DNA from: an uncultured Methanosarcinales archaeon
GTDB lineage: Archaea > Nanobdellota > Nanobdellia > Woesearchaeales > JACPBV01
Direction: 5' to 3'
Assembly (NCBI GenBank): GCA_964577685.1
Contig: CAZNZT010000003.1
Coordinates: 11,083 to 75,082, forward strand
Length of the DNA: 64,000 bases
In this document: positions 27,596-36,315 of the stretch, piece after piece
Position numbering within the stretch: position 1 is the stretch's first letter
How the letters are laid out: each line of letters starts with the position of its first letter
Notes under the pieces: generated by a model
The model's input: the letters and a program-made list of their open reading frames with translations, nothing else
Told to the model about the DNA's origin: nothing
Databases searched by the model: none
Made by a program: the position numbers and the translations under genes

Positions 27596-28011
27596 AAGAA
27601 GAAGAAAAAAAATTGCAGGAGAAATATATTGAGATGAAGGTTATAGAAGAAAATTTAAACCAGTTGCAAACACAGGCAAATACAATAGAGCACCAGTTAG
27701 CAGAACTCTCTTTGGTTGTTAATAGTCTGGATGAGTTTAGTAAGCTGGATGTAGGAAAGAAAGTTCTTGTCCCTATCAGTTCTGGGATATTTTTTGAGGC
27801 TGAGATAAAGAGAACAGATAACTTGTTTGTGAATATAGGTGCGGATACTGTTGTGGCTAAAGACATCCCTTCTACTAAGAGGCTTATTGGGAAACAGATG
27901 GATGAAGTAAAAAAACTACAAGAGAAGATTCTCATTAATGTACAAAAACTCTCAAAGAGATACTCTGATGTTGAGAAGGAGCTTAGGCAAATCGCATCTA
28001 AGCTAGAGTAA
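27592..28011 (+). CDS. pfdA: prefoldin alpha subunit
   Basis: 139 aa. Coiled coil, two beta-hairpin regions (VLVPISSGIFFEAEI, LFVNIGADTVVAKD), coiled coil. ATGA overlap with the prs stop. Confidence 0.8.
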   Translation: MKEEEKKLQEKYIEMKVIEENLNQLQTQANTIEHQLAELSLVVNSLDEFSKLDVGKKVLVPISSGIFFEAEIKRTDNLFVNIGADTVVAKDIPSTKRLIGKQMDEVKKLQEKILINVQKLSKRYSDVEKELRQIASKLE

Positions 28012-28012
28012 A

Positions 28013-29209
28013 ATGTTTAAATTTCTTAAAGAAAAGCTAAAAGGAACTATAAAGAAGCTTTCTGGTAGGATAGACAAAGAGGGAGTTACAGAGGAGACAA
28101 AGAAAGAAAAGGTGGGAGAAAGTTTAAAAGAGGAGCTTAAAAAAGAACAAGAAGAAAAGACAAAGGAAGAAACTAAGGAGAAAGAAGAAGAAAAAAAGAA
28201 GGGCTTTTTCTCAAAGATAAGGGCGGGCTTTTCTAGGAAGGAGAAAGAAGAGAAAAAAGAAGAAAAAAAGAAGACTGATGTTGAGAAAACAGAAGAGAAG
28301 AAGAAAAAAGAAGAAGATGAAGAAAGGAAGACGGAGTCTGGTTTTTTTAGAGCAATAAAGGAGAAGGTAACCACAAAGAAAATAAACAAAGAAAAGTTTG
28401 AAGAACTTTTTTGGGATTTGGAACTTGCTTTGTTGGAAAGCAATGTGGCTGTTGAGGTTATAGAAAAGATTAAACAGGATTTAATTCGGGAGCTGGTTGA
28501 TAAGCCTTTGTTAAGGTCAAAGATAGAGGAGACTATAAGCAATACTCTGAAGAGGTCTATAGAGAACATATTAAGTATAGAGTCTTTTAATCTCTTAGAA
28601 AAGATAAATAAGAAACCTTATGTAATCTGTTTTTTTGGTATTAATGGCTCAGGGAAAACAACGACAATAGCAAAGATTGCTAAGCTTTTGAAGGACAATA
28701 ACCTTAGTGTTGTTTTGGTGGCAGCCGATACCTGGAGGCAGGCTGCAATAGAGCAGCTTGAAGAGTGGGCAAAGCGTTTGAATGTTCCTATAGTTAAACA
28801 CTCCTATGGTGCTGATCCTGCTGCTGTTGCCTATGATGGCATTGCGATGGCGAAAGCAAGAAATATTGATGTGGTTTTAATAGATACAGCAGGAAGGATG
28901 CATACTAATATCAATTTGATAGAGGAGATGAAGAAGATTGTCCGTGTTGCAAAACCAGATTTGAAAATATTTGTAGGAGAGGCTATCACAGGAAATGATT
29001 GTATCAATCAGGCAAAGGAGTTTAATGAGAGTATAGGCATAGACGGAGTTATACTGTCAAAAGTGGATGTTGATGAGAAAGGTGGTGCAGCTGTTTCTGT
29101 TTCTTATGTTACAAAAAAACCAATAATCTATCTTGGTATAGGGCAGGATTTAAATGATCTGAGAGAGTTTGATTCTAAATTTATTGTTGAGAATCTTGGG
29201 CTTGTTTAA
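28013..29209 (+). CDS. ftsY: SRP receptor FtsY with a K/E-rich N-terminal region
   Basis: NG domain: GINGSGKTTT, DTAGRMH, SKVDVDEKGGAAVS. Confidence 0.9.
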   Translation: MFKFLKEKLKGTIKKLSGRIDKEGVTEETKKEKVGESLKEELKKEQEEKTKEETKEKEEEKKKGFFSKIRAGFSRKEKEEKKEEKKKTDVEKTEEKKKKEEDEERKTESGFFRAIKEKVTTKKINKEKFEELFWDLELALLESNVAVEVIEKIKQDLIRELVDKPLLRSKIEETISNTLKRSIENILSIESFNLLEKINKKPYVICFFGINGSGKTTTIAKIAKLLKDNNLSVVLVAADTWRQAAIEQLEEWAKRLNVPIVKHSYGADPAAVAYDGIAMAKARNIDVVLIDTAGRMHTNINLIEEMKKIVRVAKPDLKIFVGEAITGNDCINQAKEFNESIGIDGVILSKVDVDEKGGAAVSVSYVTKKPIIYLGIGQDLNDLREFDSKFIVENLGLV

Positions 29210-29750
29210 TTTTTATTATTCTTTTTTCGGTTATGATGATATTTACAGGTATATCGTTTCTTGTTTTTGGTATTCTATCTATTACTTGGAAGTCCATGCA
29301 TAATCCGATAGCAAGCGCCTTTGTCTTTTTTAGAAATCTATCATAGTATCCCTTGCCATAACCAATCCTATATCCGAATTTGTCAAACACTATACCTGGG
29401 ACTACTACTATATCATTTTTCTTTAAATTTGTTTTTCTTGTTTTTATTGGCTCTAATATTTTGTATTTTCCCTCTGATAGCTCACTGAAACTCTTTATTA
29501 TACAGGGGATTATGTTGGATTCAATTATCTTTGGGACGGATACAATTTTTTCTTTTAGGGCCTTTTTTATTGCGCTATGCGTGTGAATCTCTTTGTTGAA
29601 CGAAACAAAGAACATTACTTTGTCTGCTTTTTTATACTCTTTTATGCTAAACAGTTTTTCCTTTGCTAAGTTGCCTCTTTTTATAATCTCACTTTTAGAT
29701 AGCTTATTTCTCTTTGCTAGAAACCTTTTTCTTAGTTCTTCTTTTTTCAT
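29181..29750 (-). CDS. 5-formyltetrahydrofolate cyclo-ligase
   Basis: 189 aa. RKRFLAKRNKLS..., VVVPGIVFDKFGYRIGYGKGYYDRFL. Confidence 0.8.
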   Translation of the reverse strand: MKKEELRKRFLAKRNKLSKSEIIKRGNLAKEKLFSIKEYKKADKVMFFVSFNKEIHTHSAIKKALKEKIVSVPKIIESNIIPCIIKSFSELSEGKYKILEPIKTRKTNLKKNDIVVVPGIVFDKFGYRIGYGKGYYDRFLKKTKALAIGLCMDFQVIDRIPKTRNDIPVNIIITEKRIIKIKQAQDSQQ

Positions 29751-29759
29751 ATATCCTTG

Positions 29760-30293
29760 TTACTTCAGTTTTGTTTTTATGGCTCTCTCTGATACAATTG
29801 CACTGTTTCCTGATGGATCTTCTATTATTATCTTTTGGGCTTGTTGGCCCCACATTATTTTTGTAATCTTTTTTAATAATCTCTTTGCTTTCTTCTTTTC
29901 TTCATTGTCATCAGACATTTCTTTTAAACTTTCTATCTCTCTCTTTACCCTGTTTAGTATGCCCTCTATATTTGTTATATAGCCTTGGGAAGCAGGACCA
30001 GGGGTTATTGTAGTAATATGGGGAATTTTTATTGTTGCCTGAGAGGATTTCACAACACGAACCTTCATGTCCTCTTCATTTTTTATTTCAAAAACATATT
30101 TACATGGTTCGTGTCTTTCTACAGCTTCTACATCAGCTTTGTGGTATTTGCACTCTGGATTTAGACAGGTCATAGAGAACAAGTAGACCCTGCCAAAATA
30201 TGGAATTTCTCTTTCTGCTTCCATTAAGGTAAGCGTTTTCTTTTTGCATATTGGGCATGTCTGTTCTTTTAGCTCTTCTATTTTTTCAGGCAT
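29760..30293 (-). CDS. ZPR1-type zinc-finger protein
   Basis: CPICKKKTLTLMEAEREIPYFGRVYLFSMTCLNPECKYH, followed by the ZPR1 beta-domain. Confidence 0.75.
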   Translation of the reverse strand: MPEKIEELKEQTCPICKKKTLTLMEAEREIPYFGRVYLFSMTCLNPECKYHKADVEAVERHEPCKYVFEIKNEEDMKVRVVKSSQATIKIPHITTITPGPASQGYITNIEGILNRVKREIESLKEMSDDNEEKKKAKRLLKKITKIMWGQQAQKIIIEDPSGNSAIVSERAIKTKLK

Positions 30294-30353
30294 GCACTCT
30301 TATCCACTATAGAAATATTTATATGTTTCGATTTTAGCTGTTTAGTAGCTGTT

Positions 30354-31142
30354 TTAGTTAAGAAGCTTTGATGATGTTAGTTCTTTTTTGAGTTCTTCTT
30401 CTGTTTTTCTTAGTATTATGCTTATATCACCAAAGTGTTGTTGCTGGAATAGGTCAATCTTTCTTTGTGTTGTTAGGTGGAGTAATGGAACAAACACATA
30501 AATCTTATCTTCCTTGCTGTTTGATGGTATTAGTTTTGAGAATGTCAGGTGGCCTTTTTTATATTTTAAGAAGAATGATTTAATCTTTCCGTAAATCTCC
30601 TTTATTATCTCTGAGACATCTCTCTTTTTTTCTGGTATTGTAATATTTGTTGGTGGAGCATTCTTCAGAATTCTTCTTCTTTTGACTTCTAGGGCTCTTT
30701 CTAGAGCCGCCATTAAATCATATATTGAAACCTTCCTTTTTCTTGGTTGGGGTGTTCTTGGTATTAGGTTTTTTGGTATCTCTTCTTTTTCTCTTGGTTG
30801 TAGTGGCTCTTCAAAATCCAGGAGTTCTTCCTCTTCTTGTTGCGCTATTAGGCTATCAAGATAACTTATATCTTCTCCTACTAATTTGTTTGATTTGATT
30901 TTTAGTAGGATGGCTGCTGCTAACAATACCTTACCAGATATTCTAAGATCCAGCTTTTTTAGTTTTTTTATGGTTTCTATGTATTCTGCAGTAAGCAGTG
31001 ATAGGTCAATGTCCCATGGATTCATCTGTTCACTTTTCACTAGCTCATATATTATGGAACGCCAAGTGATTTCATCCTTTTTTGTTAGTATTTCTAATAT
31101 CTTTTCATGTGGCTTTTTTTCTTCTTTCAGTCTTTCTTCCAT
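30354..31142 (-). CDS. scpA: segregation and condensation protein A
   Basis: NPWDIDLSLLTAEYIETIKKLKKLDLRISGKVLLAAAILLKIKSNKL is a typical ScpA N-terminal block. Confidence 0.75.
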   Translation of the reverse strand: MEERLKEEKKPHEKILEILTKKDEITWRSIIYELVKSEQMNPWDIDLSLLTAEYIETIKKLKKLDLRISGKVLLAAAILLKIKSNKLVGEDISYLDSLIAQQEEEELLDFEEPLQPREKEEIPKNLIPRTPQPRKRKVSIYDLMAALERALEVKRRRILKNAPPTNITIPEKKRDVSEIIKEIYGKIKSFFLKYKKGHLTFSKLIPSNSKEDKIYVFVPLLHLTTQRKIDLFQQQHFGDISIILRKTEEELKKELTSSKLLN

Positions 31143-31176
31143 CTTTGTTATCCTTATAAATTTGCAATATAAAAAG

Positions 31177-31186
31177 TTTTTTATAT
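31177..31186 (+). promoter_or_regulatory. TATA-like box upstream of tRNA-Val
   Basis: tttttatatt is centred about 27 nt upstream of the tRNA 5' end at 31210, the usual archaeal TATA distance. AT-rich background lowers specificity. Confidence 0.35.
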
Positions 31187-31209
31187 TAAATGCTTAATCC
31201 ACTAATCTT

Positions 31210-31282
31210 GGGCCCATGGTTTAGTGGCTATAACGTCGCCCTTACAAGGCGAAGGTCGCCGGTTCGATTCCGGCTGGGCCCA
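31210..31282 (+). tRNA. tRNA-Val (anticodon TAC)
   Basis: Folded by hand: acceptor gggccca/tgggccc, anticodon stem tcgcc/ggcga, loop ctTACaa, T arm gccgg-ttcgatt-ccggc, discriminator A. 73 nt, no encoded CCA. Confidence 0.85.
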
Positions 31283-31288
31283 TCTTAT

Positions 31289-31376
31289 GCGCCAGTGGTC
31301 TAGTGGCTATGATAGGGCCTTGCCAAGGCTCTGACCCGAGAATCTATGGTCGGGAATTCAAATCTCGGCTGGCGCA
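31289..31376 (+). tRNA. tRNA-Gly (anticodon GCC) with a 16-nt insertion between the T-stem and T-loop
   Basis: Acceptor gcgccag/ctggcgc, anticodon stem gggcc/ggctc, loop ttGCCaa, T stem ccgag (31336-40) / ctcgg (31364-68), T loop ttcaaat (31357-63). Removing 31341-31356 gives a canonical 72-nt tRNA. Confidence 0.7.
31341..31356 (+). other. candidate non-canonical tRNA intron (aatctatggtcgggaa)
   Basis: Inserted exactly between the position 53/54 equivalents. tcggg inside it can pair with upstream exon cccga. I could not draw a strict bulge-helix-bulge by eye. Confidence 0.45.
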
Positions 31377-31431
31377 TCGGCTAGGGGAAATTCCTCTAGC
31401 CTGTTTTAAAATTATTTTTTGTTTTACAGAT

Positions 31432-32001
31432 ATGAACTTTGATAATTTCAAAAGAGATTGCTTGGCTAGAGCGGATAAGAGTAAGAAGAAGTCTATTGAT
31501 TTAAAGATAAAACCATTAATAGATTTTATCAATTCTTTGCCGAATTATTGCACTACAAGTAGTTGTTCTGGGAGAATTTTGGTTATAGAAAAGAGGTCTT
31601 ATAAGAAACAGGAGTCAAAGTGGCTTTTTGTTTCTCATAAGCCTACTAGTTTTTTGGATATTAAAAAAGCACTGCAAAAAACGAGTGGTGATGTTTGGTT
31701 CAAGCAAGAGAGTTTTATACTACATATCTGTTGTAGAACACTAGAAGATGCAAAGAATATTCTGGGAGCCTCTAGGGATATAGGAATCAAAAGGGCAGGT
31801 ATAATCTCTTTGGGTTCTAAGATTATGGTTGAGGTTATAGGTACTGAAGCAATAGAGGCATTAATAGCTAAGGGTGGTAAATTGCTGGTGGATGATAATT
31901 ATTTGAGGATTTTAACTGAAGAAGCAAATAAAAAACTAGAAAGGAATAGCAAGAGGATAGAATTGTTTTATAATGAAATAAAGAAGATTACTTCTTCTTG
32001 A
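31432..32001 (+). CDS. taw3: tRNA wybutosine-synthesizing protein 3 homolog (Taw3/TYW3)
   Basis: Signature TTSSCSGRI. 189 aa from the ATG at 31432. The longer track ORF overlaps tRNA-Gly and is rejected. Confidence 0.8.
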   Translation: MNFDNFKRDCLARADKSKKKSIDLKIKPLIDFINSLPNYCTTSSCSGRILVIEKRSYKKQESKWLFVSHKPTSFLDIKKALQKTSGDVWFKQESFILHICCRTLEDAKNILGASRDIGIKRAGIISLGSKIMVEVIGTEAIEALIAKGGKLLVDDNYLRILTEEANKKLERNSKRIELFYNEIKKITSS

Positions 32002-35000
32002 CAATAATAACTATCGTTCCTATAGCAAATATAACAAGTCCGCTGAGGATTATAAATAATATTGCTATTAGTGTTAGGTATTCTTGTGTATCTCTAAAGG
32101 AGATTTTTGTTGGTTGTATGGGCCTTGGTTTTTTTATCGGTTCTGTTAGCTTGATAATCTCTACTGGTTCAGCTTCTACATGTATTTTTTCTGTGAGGCA
32201 TTCTTGAACTTCAAGATAGATTGTTTTTTCATCTGCGAGTTTATCGTTGTAATATACCTTAATTCCTATTGGATATGTTCCTGTTTTGACATCTTTGTCT
32301 ATTTTTAGGTTATATATGCTTTCAAAGATTGAGTCTTCGTCAGAACCTTCTTCTAACTCTATTTCTTTTTCACTTATTCCAATCCCTAGTTCTTTACTTT
32401 CTATTTCTATTGAAACATCATCTTCATCTTTGCTTCCTATGTTTGCCACCCTAATATCTAGCTTTGTATTCCTATTGCAGTTTATTACTCTTGGGCTTAT
32501 ATCTGCTTTGTCTATGATTATGCTGTGTTTTTCCTTTTCAACATTAAGCTTTAATTCCCATGTTTCCTCATGGATTTTTCCATTTTCGTCTTTTCCTTCA
32601 ACATCTATGACTACATTATAGGTGTCTTCGTCAACCAGTGTTGGTACTGTAAATTCTATGCTGACTGATTCTGTATCATCGGCATATATCTTGTCAATGT
32701 CAGCTGTTTCTTCAAGCTCATCTCCATCATCTATGTCTTCAATTGTTACAGTAACTTCCACATCCTCAATTGTTATATCTTCTGAACTAGAGTATTCATT
32801 TTCAATTTCAATATTGAATTTTATAGTTTCTTTTGGTTTTGCTTCTCTGCTTATTGTTTCTCCATCTTGGATGTTCTTAGCGGTTTTGTCTCCTATTTTA
32901 ACATCTAAATCAGATATTCTTAATTTGCTTGCTTCTTCAACATATATTGTGGTTGTGGTTGATGATTCTTGATTGTTGTTGTCTTCTACTGTTAGTTTGA
33001 ATACATATTTTCCTGTTGTGCTTGTGTTAAAGGATATGGTTGGGCTTGTTGGGTTGGACAAATCTACTGTTGGTCCTTCTTCTTGCGACCATCTATAGCT
33101 TGTTATGTTCCCATCGGGATCGTAGGAAGATAAGCCATCAAGGGTTATTATTGTGTTTGGCCTAACCCTGCTTGATGGAGATACTTCTATTATTGGAATA
33201 GGGGCTTGATTTCCTGGTGGTGGAGGTGGTGGCACTTCGGAACCAACTAAGAAGCTTGAAAATCCGGTTACATTGAATATTATAATGCCGTTGCCATCAG
33301 CATTTGAAGGTGGAGATATATTTACAATCTTGCATACCGAAGATGGACACTCATCTGTTATTTTTGTTCTGTCTGATGTGAATTCCTCTGTGTAATATAT
33401 CTTTGGCTCTTCTTGGTATGTTAAGCCTTTAAGTGTTATTTGTGCCTTTTTGTTGAGAACATAATATTCATCTGAGTCATTTATTGCTGCTATCCCGTCT
33501 TGGATTATAACATGGTCTCCTAAGGTTATTATGTCTGATAAATCAACTGGTTCTAGGAACCTTATTTCACCTTCTCCTTCCATCATTAATGTTAGGTTAA
33601 CATTTTTTAGTTGTGTTTCATTTAGGCTAGATAGGTCTGGGATGGTTGAGTATGGCTCTGCTATTGGATACATTCTTGCTTTTGGGTACCAGCTGTGTGA
33701 ATATTGGTATCCTCTGTTGTCTGTGAACTCAACTTTGATATGGTAATCCTCATTTTTGAATTTGCCTTCAAAGATATACCTGCTTTGGTTGTTGTATTCT
33801 GGTTTGTTTTCTCCGTTTTCTTGCCATTCTGCTGTTGCTAAGCTCAATTCTGAAGGCAGGATAAAGCCAAATATTGTGTTTTTCTTTGCACTTATTATTG
33901 GATATTGTTCTGGGAAATAACTTACTTTGCAGTCTTCTATCTCTATGTAGCCCGTGGTTTCGTCTGTGGTGTTATACTTTGTCTTTGCTTGTATTGTTAA
34001 TTGATATGTGCCTGCTGTAGCTTCTCTTGGGATGTTTATCGGAATTGTGAATGTTTTTTCATCATTATATTGGATTGTGGAGTAGTTTGTTTCTTCGTTT
34101 ATTCCTAACTCTGAATTTCTGACAACAACTTTTGTTTCTTGGGCCTCTGTAAAGCCATCTATGTTTTTAACACTTGTATTCACTACTATGTCTCTTATAC
34201 ACTTTACTTTTGATGGCTTGACACTGGTTGATGTTATTAGTATTTGATGTGCCTTGCTTTGTATTCTAACTTTTGCGCTCCAATTTGCATATACCCTTTT
34301 TAAGTCATATTCTCCTATTCCTGTGATTATTAGGTCATAAATACCATTTTGAACTGCGGGTATGGTTCCTAGGTCAATGACTATGTTCTGTGATTGTCTC
34401 TTTGGTAATATATCTATGTCAGTCTTATTTGTGGATACTGTCTGAGAGTTGTTCTTTATGGTGGCGTTTATTTTTACAAAGGTTAGGTCGTGTGTGCTTA
34501 ACCAGTTTTTTACATCAAGGCTTATTTTTACTCTATCTCCTTGGGAAATATTATCAAGAACTTCTCCTGCATTTAGCGGTTTGTAATAGCCATCATTAAT
34601 CTTTGTTTTAATGTTGCTTAGGCTCAGTGCATTATAGATGCTTAATGTAAATGCTTTAGATGTGTTTAATAGCCCATCTGATACTGTTATGTTAATTGTA
34701 TATGTACCAATATCTGAGATATTTGGTGTAAATCTGATATCTCCTGTTGTTCTATTGATATCAAACAATGTCGTGTTGTCATTAAAGGTTAGATTATCCC
34801 CGTCAACATCATTTGCCTGTATCTGATAATTGTATTCTTCACCTACAGTACCGATTGCTGGTGGATTAAAGTTTGTTATTTGGGGTGCATCATTTACAGG
34901 GGTTACATTCAATATTACTACATTGCTGTAGTTTGAATACAAGGTGCCATCAAATGCTCTGAATGTTATGTTCCTAATTCCATTGAAGTTAGTGTTTGGC

Positions 35001-36175
35001 AGTAATGTTACTATCCCTGTGTTTTGGTTTATGGTTACATTGATATCCTCTACAGGAGTAGCCTCGTATGTCAGGACATCATTGTCTGGGTCATAGAAGA
35101 CTGGCGTTAAGTTAATTTTTGTGTTTGCTGTGTCTTCTTGCCATTCTATTGGTGTTGGTATATTCTGAACAAATAAAGGAGCATCATTTGTAGGGTTTAC
35201 AGTAACAGTTACATTTATAGAACTGCTTAAACCTCCAGTGTCGGTTGCTCCGAGTGTTATGTTCCTTTTTCCGTTCCAGTCCTTGTCTGCTGTTATATTT
35301 AGTATCTTATCTGGAGATATGCTGATTGATATATTTTCTACGGGAAGATAATACCAGACGATATCTTCTTTGCTGTCTTCAATATCATAAACATAATCAC
35401 TAAGATTTATTGTATCATTGTAGTTGTCTTCATCTAATATTATTTCCGGTATTGAATAAATAATAGGCCTGTCATTTACAGGGGTTACATTTATGGTAAA
35501 GAGGACATCAATAAAGGAATAGGTATCGTTAATCCTTACTTTACAGTCTGTTATTCCATTCCAATTTGGAGCAGGCGTTAGTGTAATGTTTGTTTTGTTG
35601 ATAACATTACAATCCACTTTTGATACATTTTCCTTGACAATAGTGAAGGTTAAGGGATCATTGTCTAGGTCTACTATGGTTGCACTTGGATTTATAGAAA
35701 CCTGTGTATCTTCTTCTATCGTTTGATTAGGGATTGTGCCGATTGGGAGCCTGTTGTTTGTTGAGTTTGGTGTTGGTGTAGTAAACCTTACCCATTCTTC
35801 TAGTCCGTCATGAAGCCTTCCTTCTGATATGTCTTCCTCTGCTGTTGAGTAAGTGTAGTTGTCTATTATATTACCAAGGTTATCTATTAGCTTTATTTCA
35901 TCACCATTGTTGTTTAGTTTATTGTTGAAAAAATATACCAGATAGCCTTTCCCTTCTATAGATGTGTTGTCTGGTATTGTTTTTATTGTAGAAATGCTAT
36001 CATTTATTTTCCAGTTGCTTATGTTTTTTGGGGATGTGTCATTATTGTAAAGCTCAATCCACTCATATCCTGATGATGGTCTTGCCATAAATTCATTGAT
36101 AAAGACATCTGCATTGATAGAAGCTGCATTGGAGATTATCATTAAAAGTGTTAATAGCAGTATTAATCTTTTCAA
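31988..36175 (-). CDS. giant cell-surface protein: signal peptide, lamin-tail domain, cadherin-like repeats, PKD domain, acidic C-terminal module, C-terminal TM anchor
   Basis: 1395 aa. LTD-like DVFINEFMARPSSGYEWIELYNN. Repeats ending VNDRP / TNDAP / VNDAP. PKD-like LDGLSSYDPDGNITSYRWSQEEG...FKLTVEDNNN. PPPPPPGNQAP linker. C-terminal TM LIAILFIILSGLVIFAIGTIVIIV. Confidence 0.85.
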   Translation of the reverse strand: MKRLILLLTLLMIISNAASINADVFINEFMARPSSGYEWIELYNNDTSPKNISNWKINDSISTIKTIPDNTSIEGKGYLVYFFNNKLNNNGDEIKLIDNLGNIIDNYTYSTAEEDISEGRLHDGLEEWVRFTTPTPNSTNNRLPIGTIPNQTIEEDTQVSINPSATIVDLDNDPLTFTIVKENVSKVDCNVINKTNITLTPAPNWNGITDCKVRINDTYSFIDVLFTINVTPVNDRPIIYSIPEIILDEDNYNDTINLSDYVYDIEDSKEDIVWYYLPVENISISISPDKILNITADKDWNGKRNITLGATDTGGLSSSINVTVTVNPTNDAPLFVQNIPTPIEWQEDTANTKINLTPVFYDPDNDVLTYEATPVEDINVTINQNTGIVTLLPNTNFNGIRNITFRAFDGTLYSNYSNVVILNVTPVNDAPQITNFNPPAIGTVGEEYNYQIQANDVDGDNLTFNDNTTLFDINRTTGDIRFTPNISDIGTYTINITVSDGLLNTSKAFTLSIYNALSLSNIKTKINDGYYKPLNAGEVLDNISQGDRVKISLDVKNWLSTHDLTFVKINATIKNNSQTVSTNKTDIDILPKRQSQNIVIDLGTIPAVQNGIYDLIITGIGEYDLKRVYANWSAKVRIQSKAHQILITSTSVKPSKVKCIRDIVVNTSVKNIDGFTEAQETKVVVRNSELGINEETNYSTIQYNDEKTFTIPINIPREATAGTYQLTIQAKTKYNTTDETTGYIEIEDCKVSYFPEQYPIISAKKNTIFGFILPSELSLATAEWQENGENKPEYNNQSRYIFEGKFKNEDYHIKVEFTDNRGYQYSHSWYPKARMYPIAEPYSTIPDLSSLNETQLKNVNLTLMMEGEGEIRFLEPVDLSDIITLGDHVIIQDGIAAINDSDEYYVLNKKAQITLKGLTYQEEPKIYYTEEFTSDRTKITDECPSSVCKIVNISPPSNADGNGIIIFNVTGFSSFLVGSEVPPPPPPGNQAPIPIIEVSPSSRVRPNTIITLDGLSSYDPDGNITSYRWSQEEGPTVDLSNPTSPTISFNTSTTGKYVFKLTVEDNNNQESSTTTTIYVEEASKLRISDLDVKIGDKTAKNIQDGETISREAKPKETIKFNIEIENEYSSSEDITIEDVEVTVTIEDIDDGDELEETADIDKIYADDTESVSIEFTVPTLVDEDTYNVVIDVEGKDENGKIHEETWELKLNVEKEKHSIIIDKADISPRVINCNRNTKLDIRVANIGSKDEDDVSIEIESKELGIGISEKEIELEEGSDEDSIFESIYNLKIDKDVKTGTYPIGIKVYYNDKLADEKTIYLEVQECLTEKIHVEAEPVEIIKLTEPIKKPRPIQPTKISFRDTQEYLTLIAILFIILSGLVIFAIGTIVIIVKKK

Positions 36176-36315
36176 TTTGAGTAACCCCCTTCGTTTGGAA
36201 ATATCTGATTATTTAGAGGAAGAGTGTATTACTATTATTTAAACTTTTCTATATTTTTAGTATTCTCTAGTAGTTACTCATACAATAATAAAAAATTAAA
36301 AAATTAAGAAATCTT

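Noticed and set aside
28003-28569. 188-aa minus-strand ORF rich in S/F, opposite the 5' part of ftsY.
   Set aside because: It is the same artefact: the antisense of a K/E-rich coding region. ftsY on the plus strand is unambiguous.
31303-31431. N-terminal 43 aa of the track ORF 31303-32001 (MAMIGPCQGSDPRIYG...).
   Set aside because: This stretch overlaps tRNA-Gly. The TYW3-like protein starts sensibly at ATG 31432 (MNFDNFKRDCL...).
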